10,075 bases of DNA from Candidatus Hermodarchaeota archaeon. GTDB lineage: Archaea > Asgardarchaeota > Lokiarchaeia > Sigyniarchaeales > SOKP01. The notes under the pieces are model-generated. The model worked only from the letters and a program-made list of their open reading frames with translations. It did no database searches and was not told the origin of the DNA. Positions 1-6,752 of this stretch are shown here, piece after piece. The stretch covers positions 1-10,075 of the forward strand of contig JBHLLP010000061.1 in assembly GCA_048885525.1 (NCBI GenBank). Direction: 5' to 3'. Positions within the stretch are counted from its first letter, which is position 1; each line of letters opens with the position of its first letter. The position numbers were made by a program, and so were the translations under genes.

Positions 1-849
1 AAAATGGCCAGCATCTTCTACATGAAATGGTTCGGAACAATTTCGGATTGCTTTTCTCACTCTTTCCATAATCGGAGTACCAAGAACCGGATCTTGCATT
101 CCAATTGCCATAAATGTCTCTCCTTCCCATTTATTAGATAAAAAATCTGCTGCTTGACCTGAAATGGCTGCTCCTGGAGCATCAACATTGTCAGGTAGTA
201 TCATTGGGAACCTTCTAATGCCTGCTTTGTATGTAATATCTGGAAAAGGAGCATTATAAGCTTTTACATCTTCTTGTGTAAGGATGGGTGTAACACTCTT
301 TATTAATCTTCCTGCCTCAAAATCAGGAGTTCGTCTAACAAAATCGCGAAATAACAAGAACCCTTGGCTCAATTCAAAATCTCCAGTTGGGATAATCGCA
401 TTCATTATGAGAAATCTTTTAAAGCGGTCGGGCATCTCCATTGGCAATGTTAATCCATAAATCCCACCCCAATCTTGCCCTACCATAGTAATATTTTTGA
501 GATCAAGATATTTTATAAACTCAATGAGAAAATTACGATGAAAATCATACGTATAAATTTCATCTTTAACCGGCTTATCTGAGCGCCCAAATCCCAGAAA
601 ATCAGGTGTAATGACTCTATAGCCAGCTTTTAAGAATACAGGAATCATTTTTCTATATAAGTATGCCCATGTGGGTTCTCCATGAAGACAAAGAAATATT
701 TCTTCTGAATCTTTTGGACCTTCATCAATATAATGCATCCGCAAACCCTCATAACCATTCAAATCTTCGATATATAAAGGTTTATAGGGAAAATTTGAAA
801 TATCATCAAATCTATCTTCTGGAGTTCTTAAAAATTCTATCATTCTCAT
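1..849 (-). CDS. dhlA: Haloalkane dehalogenase, HLD-I/DhlA-like alpha/beta hydrolase (3' end truncated by window edge)
   Basis: Translated by hand; not in the ORF track. Open from ATG 849 (alternative ATG 843) to position 1, with an in-frame TAA upstream at 859-861. Protein: MRMIEFLRTPEDRF...GLRMHYIDEGP...FLCLHGEPTWAYLYRKMIP...PDFLGFGRSDKP...QDWGG...AYNAPFPD...AGIRRFP...FMAIGMQDPVLG...DAGHF. Catalytic triad is nucleophile D126 (472-474, followed by W127), acid D253 (91-93) and base H282 (4-6). These motifs are colinear with Xanthobacter DhlA as I recall it. Confidence 0.93.
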   Translation of the reverse strand, partial: MRMIEFLRTPEDRFDDISNFPYKPLYIEDLNGYEGLRMHYIDEGPKDSEEIFLCLHGEPTWAYLYRKMIPVFLKAGYRVITPDFLGFGRSDKPVKDEIYTYDFHRNFLIEFIKYLDLKNITMVGQDWGGIYGLTLPMEMPDRFKRFLIMNAIIPTGDFELSQGFLLFRDFVRRTPDFEAGRLIKSVTPILTQEDVKAYNAPFPDITYKAGIRRFPMILPDNVDAPGAAISGQAADFLSNKWEGETFMAIGMQDPVLGTPIMERVRKAIRNCSEPFHVEDAGHF

Positions 850-947
850 TAGTATAAATTAATATAATTGAAATTCTTAAATTTGAAATAAGTTTGATAA
901 TTAATTGACATAATCTCATATTAATTTTATCAAAGAAGGTATTATTT

Positions 948-2117
948 ATGACTGAGAAATTATTTTGGGAAAATGCATATGAAACTAAGTTTACTGCACA
1001 AGTAATAGCGATTAAAGAAGAAGGAATTATTCTTAATAGGACTTTATTTTATCCCGAAAGTGGAAACCAAGCAAGTGATCGAGGAGAATTAATAATTGGT
1101 AATCTTAAATTTAAAATTGATATGGTTTCTAAGGATGAAGAATATATACTACATTATATTACTTCAGATTTTAAAAATAAAGTTAATGTAGGAGATAAAG
1201 TTGACGGGCAAATTGATTGGGATTATCGTTATGGAATTATGAAAGCTCACACATCTCAACATATTTTTTCAGCAGTTTTTAAAAATAATTTTAATATTGA
1301 TACTGTTCGAGCTACTCTTGATTTTGAAGAAGTCTTTCTTAGTATCTCTCAAGAAATTGATTATAACCAATTAAAAGAAGTATTAATTGAAGTCAACAAA
1401 ATTTGCTCCTCGAATAATTTGGAAGTCAAATCTAACATTGTTTCGGGTAAAGAAGCAAGTGAATGCTCTGAGAAAATAAGAAGTGCAATTCCTGATGATT
1501 CTAAGATAAGATTAATGGAGATTGAAGGTCTCGATTTAGTATGTTGCGGAGGGACTCATATAAAAAACTCTACTGAAATAGGAAAGATATATATTTATGA
1601 TTTTAAAAGAGGAAATGAGATTAGATATGTCGTTGGGAATAAAGCTTTAGAGAGGAGTGCACAAGATAATGTAGGCATGATAAATCTAGCAAATAGGTTA
1701 AATTCTTCGTTGGAAAAAACTAAAGTTCTTATAGAAAAGCGTTTAGATCTCCTTGAGAATACTATAGAACAACAAAAACAACTATCTGTTAAGTATTTAG
1801 AATCAATTTCAAAATCCCCAACTAAAGTAATTGGGAGTATATCACTCTTTTATATTGATTATAATATCGATATTAAATTATTAAATAGAAGTCTAGAAAA
1901 TTTTCCCCAAAATTCATTACTAATCGTAAGATTTGAAGATAACAAACTAAGATTTCTCTCTCTAAGTGAAATAATAGACGCAAATAAAATTTTGCAGAGT
2001 TTAACACAAAAGTATGGAGGAAAAGGAGGCGGAAATCCTAAATCATCTCAAGGTTTTTTAGAAAATATGCCAGAAGATTTATTGTCTGAAGCTGTTTCAC
2101 TTATTTCAATTGAGTAG
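948..2117 (+). CDS. alaX: Alanyl-tRNA trans-editing protein, AlaX-L type (editing domain plus C-terminal DHHA1/C-Ala-like domain)
   Basis: N-terminal T.KLFW.N.Y...F.A.V and LNRTLFYPESGNQASDRG. Zinc-binding editing motifs HTSQH (HxxxH) and CGGTH (CxxxH). C-terminal GGKGGG DHHA1 signature. 389 aa with no aminoacylation domain. Confidence 0.92.
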   Translation: MTEKLFWENAYETKFTAQVIAIKEEGIILNRTLFYPESGNQASDRGELIIGNLKFKIDMVSKDEEYILHYITSDFKNKVNVGDKVDGQIDWDYRYGIMKAHTSQHIFSAVFKNNFNIDTVRATLDFEEVFLSISQEIDYNQLKEVLIEVNKICSSNNLEVKSNIVSGKEASECSEKIRSAIPDDSKIRLMEIEGLDLVCCGGTHIKNSTEIGKIYIYDFKRGNEIRYVVGNKALERSAQDNVGMINLANRLNSSLEKTKVLIEKRLDLLENTIEQQKQLSVKYLESISKSPTKVIGSISLFYIDYNIDIKLLNRSLENFPQNSLLIVRFEDNKLRFLSLSEIIDANKILQSLTQKYGGKGGGNPKSSQGFLENMPEDLLSEAVSLISIE

Positions 2118-2180
2118 AAAGTTAACCAAAGAATATTTTGTAGTTTTGGCACCTTTTACTTGATATTTTAATTATGTAAT

Positions 2181-2226
2181 AACCTTTTTATACAAGCTTG
2201 TATATATTCTCATACACAAATGTATA
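2181..2226 (+). promoter_or_regulatory. Putative BRE/TATA promoter overlapped by two ATACA-N4-TGTAT palindromic operator sites
   Basis: AACCTTTTTATA at 2181-2192. Perfect 16-bp palindrome TATACAAGCTTGTATA at 2189-2204. Second copy ATACA-CAAA-TGTAT at 2212-2225. Confidence 0.6.
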
Positions 2227-2272
2227 GCGTATAATCATCGTATTATTCATTTTAGTGTAATTATTTAATTAG

Positions 2273-3361
2273 GTGGAATTCAAAATGATAATGCTTTCTG
2301 AGGGACCTTTTATTATTGCAATTATTAGAAGTATTAATTTTTTTTTCAGTTGTACATTAGGATTATTTTATATTTTCCAAGGAAGAAAGACAAAAACTAA
2401 GCTCCTCCTTTATTTTGGTATTTTTGTAGTGGGTTTAAGCGTATCTATGGGATTGGGAACTTTTATAGATTTTATAACTATCCTTATAACAGGAGATAAT
2501 ATGGACGGCCAATTAAAATTTTATTTAACGTGGGGACCCGCTGCTATTACTAGTATTTTTTTTGTTTATGTATTTGCTGAAATATTAATACCAAAAAAGA
2601 AATGGTATTTTTTATCTCTAATTTTAACATTGAATACACTCTATTTATTGGATCTATTTTTATTTCATTGGACGCCTCATATTATTATATATCCTGCAAC
2701 ACCCGGAGAAGATCTCATAATAGTCAGCTTTGCTTTACCACCAAATCTCGTTCCAGAACAAATCTTTCCCTGGAGGTTTATGGCTTTTAGCTCAACCTAT
2801 ACCGTATTCATCGGGATTGGTCTTATATATAAAACTTTTAGGGTAAAAAGAATGATTAGAAAAAAGTATTTCTATTTGTCAACAGCTATAATTATTCGTG
2901 GTATGGATCAGCTCTTTGGATATAGTCATCTCGAACAACCTTTTCCTGTCCCAGGTGCAATAATTAGAGCGATTATTGATATCATAACCACAATATTTGC
3001 ATATCTGGGTTTAAGAGCAGAACCTGAGCAGCGTAAAAAGAAAGTTAAAAAGAAGGTTACAACTGAAGATTCATTGTTTCGAATAATTGAGAGACCTGAA
3101 CATATTACCGAAGAAGAAGTTACATATTATCGGGAGCAAAAAATTTGCTTGATATGCAAAGGAAAAGTAGCTGGGTTTTATATTTTCATCTGTTCTAATT
3201 GTGACGCATTATATCATGAAGAGTGTGCCCGTGCGTTATCAACCATGGAAAATGCTTGCTGGGTATGTAATAATCCAATTGACAATACAAAACCAACAAA
3301 ACCTTTTAAAATGGTTGAAGAAAAAAAGGATATTGAAGAAAAAAATAAGAAATTAAATTAA
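2273..3361 (+). CDS. Seven-transmembrane protein with C-terminal C4HC3 RING/PHD-like zinc finger
   Basis: About 7 hydrophobic segments in aa ~12-247, a basic/acidic linker, then C292-x2-C-x11-C-x2-C-x4-H-x2-C-x10-C-x2-C332. The true start is probably ATG 2285 or 2291, because AGGTGG at 2271-2276 looks like a Shine-Dalgarno site rather than a GTG start. Confidence 0.85.
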   Translation: MEFKMIMLSEGPFIIAIIRSINFFFSCTLGLFYIFQGRKTKTKLLLYFGIFVVGLSVSMGLGTFIDFITILITGDNMDGQLKFYLTWGPAAITSIFFVYVFAEILIPKKKWYFLSLILTLNTLYLLDLFLFHWTPHIIIYPATPGEDLIIVSFALPPNLVPEQIFPWRFMAFSSTYTVFIGIGLIYKTFRVKRMIRKKYFYLSTAIIIRGMDQLFGYSHLEQPFPVPGAIIRAIIDIITTIFAYLGLRAEPEQRKKKVKKKVTTEDSLFRIIERPEHITEEEVTYYREQKICLICKGKVAGFYIFICSNCDALYHEECARALSTMENACWVCNNPIDNTKPTKPFKMVEEKKDIEEKNKKLN

Positions 3362-3386
3362 AAATAAATAAAAAATCTTCTCAATT

Positions 3387-3394
3387 AAGGAGGT
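3387..3394 (+). promoter_or_regulatory. Shine-Dalgarno site of the 3406 gene
   Basis: AAGGAGGT, 11 nt upstream of ATG 3406. Confidence 0.75.
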
Positions 3395-3405
3395 AATTTA
3401 AAAAA

Positions 3406-3894
3406 ATGGTTATAGAAATTTCGAAAGGTTTAAAGAGAACATTTTTAATTAACTTTATTGTATCTCTTGTCTTTGGAATTCTGTTATTCTTTATGGTAGA
3501 TATTTATTTGGACTGGTTCGGTGTTCATTTTAATGTTCCATTTTCTTTTATGGGAGGTTTATTTGGTGGAGCCCTCTTAGGCTATGCATGCGCTTCTTTT
3601 ATAGCATGGCAACAGACAGAATGGGACAAAGTAAAAATTGTGGTAATAATGGAGATCGTTTGGCATATACTAGGAGTGTACATTTTTTTTTGGTGGATTT
3701 ATGGGATTTTAGCAAATCCAAAATTCTCAGCTACTCATTATTTGTATACAAAAATTATACATTTGATATATCTCATAGTTTTTCTATGGTTCCTCGCAGC
3801 ATTCATCTTTTACTACGTAAAACATGAAAAGGAAGAACCCACAGCCAGAACCGATAGCGAAACGATACAAGTGACACCCGGTAAAACCGATTAA
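3406..3894 (+). CDS. Hypothetical 4-TM membrane protein
   Basis: 162 aa ORF with four hydrophobic helices and a strong SD. It lies 44 nt after the 7TM gene and may be co-transcribed with it. Confidence 0.8.
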   Translation: MVIEISKGLKRTFLINFIVSLVFGILLFFMVDIYLDWFGVHFNVPFSFMGGLFGGALLGYACASFIAWQQTEWDKVKIVVIMEIVWHILGVYIFFWWIYGILANPKFSATHYLYTKIIHLIYLIVFLWFLAAFIFYYVKHEKEEPTARTDSETIQVTPGKTD

Positions 3895-4049
3895 TGTTTC
3901 TATAATAGCTGAAAAAAAAAGGATATACGAAAATTTAATTGATTTTTTTAATGAATTAATATATATCTTGAAACCTTAAATGTGAGGGAATCTTTACATG
4001 AATATAATTAAATTAGAATTTATCCAATTGCGTAGAGTTGTAAAATCAT

Positions 4050-4706
4050 ATGGGTTTATTTGATAAAATTTTTGGAAAGATAAAAGGGGCTTATTTTGCA
4101 TTTTTGACGCTTATATCTGTAGGATTTGGTATATTTGTTGCTTTATTTATTTATTTACCTATTGATCCTTCTTATAGCATATTTTTAAATTACATTAGTG
4201 ATTTAGGTGCAGGACCAATCGGTTCTAGGTTTGTTTTCAGTATTGGTATGATATTAGGAGCAATTTTTCTAATATTACTTATTTTGTATATTTCTGGATT
4301 TCTAAAGATAAAAGAAGAAAGATCTCAACGGATATTAGGTTTTCAAGCATCTGGAACTATTGCTGGATTAGGGCTTATCTTAATTGGTATTTTTCCACTA
4401 GATAGCACTATGATAGTTGCTTATTTCATGCACTCTATTGCGGCTGTAATTTTTTTTAGTTTTATAGCAATTTCCAATTTTTATCTTGGATATATAGAAT
4501 ATAAAAATAGCGAATTTTCAAAAATTTTAGCAATAATATCTATAATATCTGCAATTTTATCTGCAATTTTTATCGGTGGTTTCATAATTCAAGAATCAGG
4601 AATTATAGAACCTCAAGTATTTGTCTATCTTTCTGAATGGACTTTCTTAGCATTTGTAACTATATGGTTAATTGCTCATGGCATATATTTCTGGAAAAAA
4701 AAATAA
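4050..4706 (+). CDS. DUF998 / Frag1-DRAM-Sfk1-like multipass membrane protein
   Basis: About 6 TM helices with the family motifs NYISDLG, GIFP, H-x-x-AA and a C-terminal EW. Confidence 0.78.
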   Translation: MGLFDKIFGKIKGAYFAFLTLISVGFGIFVALFIYLPIDPSYSIFLNYISDLGAGPIGSRFVFSIGMILGAIFLILLILYISGFLKIKEERSQRILGFQASGTIAGLGLILIGIFPLDSTMIVAYFMHSIAAVIFFSFIAISNFYLGYIEYKNSEFSKILAIISIISAILSAIFIGGFIIQESGIIEPQVFVYLSEWTFLAFVTIWLIAHGIYFWKKK

Positions 4707-4712
4707 TTATCA

Positions 4713-4728
4713 ATTTTTTTAAAAAAAT
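4713..4728. terminator. Putative bidirectional oligo-T terminator between convergent genes
   Basis: ATTTTTTTAAAAAAAT gives T7 on the + strand 7 nt after the DUF998 stop and T7 on the - strand downstream of hdrB. Archaeal intrinsic terminators are U-tracts. Confidence 0.45.
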
Positions 4729-4805
4729 GCCATTAAAACTTTAAATTCTATGGATGAAATAAATTAAAAAGTAAGTTTTAATAAAATTAATAGATATTTT
4801 TAAAC

Positions 4806-5690
4806 TTATTTTAAACCATATTTTTCCAAAAACGAAGTTAATCTAGTTCGATGGAATTTTAATCCTAAATCATCAGCTTTTTCACCAAAAACAAGAGCAA
4901 GCAATTCAGTAACATACAATATTGGAATATCAAAACTTTTTCCTCCTACTTCTCCCGCTTTTTTCTGGTTGTTATCAAATTGTTGGAAACATGCTGGACA
5001 ATTAACAATCATAACCTCTGCGCCTGCATTAATAGCACTTGATAACTTGTTTGATAAAATTTGCATTGAAGGTTCCTCTTCTGTATTCCCTGTTCCTGTA
5101 CCACAGCAAAGCATTTCTTCTTCATAATCTACTGGAGTTACCCCAGCTGCAGAAACAATTTCTCTTAATTTAACAGGGTTCATAGGATCGTCAGTTTGAA
5201 CCTTTTCTGATGGTCTATTATAGTGACATCCAGTATGACAAGCAACTTTCAATCCACTTAGTTCTTTTGTTACATTCTCCTTTATTTTATCAATATATTC
5301 ATGTAATACTTCTACAAAATGTTTCACATTAATAGTACCTTTGAATTCTTTCCCGATTGTTTTAAGGATTTTATTTATGTGTTCTTTTTCATGATCATCA
5401 TGCTTTAATTCTTCATTAACAAGCTTTAATGTTTGAAAACATCCATTACATAAAGAAATGATATTTTTTCCTTCAGCTTCGGCAATAGTAAGATTCCTTG
5501 CACCCATTGCCATCCAGCTTAAATGATCAGTGCTATTAAAGCCAACTGGATCTGGACAACATGCAAAAGCGGCATCAGAAGTACTTATTCCAAGTTTATC
5601 AAACACTTTTCTAGCAGATGCTTCAATAAAAGGAATTCTGTTGCCTATAACACATCCTTGAAACATTTTATATTCTTCTGCTTTAGCCAT
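4806..5690 (-). CDS. hdrB: Heterodisulfide reductase subunit B (two CCG domains)
   Basis: First CCG domain: FQGC...CCPDP...ARN...SLCNGC. Second CCG domain: VACHTGCH..RP...CCG.G...VNCPAC..QFD..Q...IPILY..ELLAL. 294 aa is the typical HdrB length. Confidence 0.93.
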   Translation of the reverse strand: MAKAEEYKMFQGCVIGNRIPFIEASARKVFDKLGISTSDAAFACCPDPVGFNSTDHLSWMAMGARNLTIAEAEGKNIISLCNGCFQTLKLVNEELKHDDHEKEHINKILKTIGKEFKGTINVKHFVEVLHEYIDKIKENVTKELSGLKVACHTGCHYNRPSEKVQTDDPMNPVKLREIVSAAGVTPVDYEEEMLCCGTGTGNTEEEPSMQILSNKLSSAINAGAEVMIVNCPACFQQFDNNQKKAGEVGGKSFDIPILYVTELLALVFGEKADDLGLKFHRTRLTSFLEKYGLK

Positions 5691-5802
5691 TTTAAGTTAT
5701 CTCAAGTTTTTTGTTATTAACAATAATTTGTATTTGTAAATATTGAATTTTTTAAAAATCTTCTCTCTATTAATTTAGAATAATAATAGTATAATTATGA
5801 AT

Positions 5803-5811
5803 AAAAAAAAA
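5803..5811 (-). terminator. Putative U-tract terminator after fdhD
   Basis: A9 on the + strand (T9 on the - strand) about 28 nt downstream of the fdhD stop. Confidence 0.35.
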
Positions 5812-5838
5812 TATTGAAAAATCTAAAGAATCTAATAA

Positions 5839-6693
5839 TTATATAATTATCCTTTCAGGATGAGAATAAATATTCATTCTTGATCCACGCGCAAAACCTA
5901 TCAGTGTAATCCCATATGCGAACGCTAATCGGATCCCTGACTCAATAGCTGCTGAAAGCGAAGCTACAATAGGGATTTTTGCTCTTATTGCTTTTAAAAC
6001 TGAATCTCCTGTCAATCTACCTGTTGAAGTTAAAAATATCTCTTCAAATTTTAGTTCTTTTAACAACATTTCTCCAATTACTTTATCAATAGCATTATGC
6101 CTACCAATATCTTCTTTCACACTCAGAATATTTCCATTAATATCAAATATTGCTGCTCCATGACAACCACCGGTCTCTCGATAAAGGGGAGTTGAAATTT
6201 GCATTGTTTTTATAGCAGAAAAAATAACGTTAGCTTTAAGCTTTATTTTATTTTTTGATTTTATTATATCCTTGGTATTAGCCTTATCCAAGCTTTCCTT
6301 AATTATATTTCGCCATGGAGATGATATTCCACAGGTCGTATCAACTACTCGGCTTACGGGATTAACATCGAGTTTTTCAAAATTTAACTCAATATCCTCT
6401 GTTAAATCCACAAAAATAGAATTATCTAACTCATCTAATTTAATTTCTTTAATGTCCTTGATTGAATCGATTAATCCTATTGAAAATAAAAATCCTATTG
6501 ATAATTCTTTTAAATCTTTAGGTAGACAAATAATATTTACAAGACGTTTGGAATTTACATATAAATCAACTGGATTCTCAAAAAGAACTAGATCTTCTAG
6601 TTCCTTTTTCTCAGTTTTTTTTATTTGAGTAATATTTACTTTTCGCTTAAACAAAATTCCATCCCAAATCGAAGTTATTGATTCAATTATCAA
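5839..6693 (-). CDS. fdhD: Formate dehydrogenase accessory sulfurtransferase FdhD
   Basis: Motifs E-N-P-V-D-L-Y-V-N, P..LKELSIGFLFS.G, TTCG, TGGCHGAA, EDIGRHNAIDKVIG, TGRL, SLSA, and ITLIGFARG.RMNIYSHPERI. The TTG start at 6693 is uncertain; an in-frame stop lies at 6709-6711. Confidence 0.93.
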   Translation of the reverse strand: MIIESITSIWDGILFKRKVNITQIKKTEKKELEDLVLFENPVDLYVNSKRLVNIICLPKDLKELSIGFLFSIGLIDSIKDIKEIKLDELDNSIFVDLTEDIELNFEKLDVNPVSRVVDTTCGISSPWRNIIKESLDKANTKDIIKSKNKIKLKANVIFSAIKTMQISTPLYRETGGCHGAAIFDINGNILSVKEDIGRHNAIDKVIGEMLLKELKFEEIFLTSTGRLTGDSVLKAIRAKIPIVASLSAAIESGIRLAFAYGITLIGFARGSRMNIYSHPERIII

Positions 6694-6752
6694 ATAATGT
6701 AAAGAAATTTAATTAAATATTGAATAATTCTTTTTTCTAATAAAGAGAAGTC

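Noticed and set aside
663-857. 64-aa plus-strand ORF
   Set aside because: It is an antisense shadow of the dehalogenase gene.
2273-3020. 7TM domain as a microbial rhodopsin
   Set aside because: Helix 7 has no retinal-binding Lys (DxxxK), and there is no RYxDW-type motif in helix 3.
2602-3827. Short alternative-frame ORFs 2602-2790 and 3588-3827
   Set aside because: They are nested in well-supported genes and have no motifs.
4547-4573. Tandem repeat ATCTGCAATTTT x2
   Set aside because: It encodes S-A-I-L/S-A-I-F within a TM helix; a short coding duplication, not an array.
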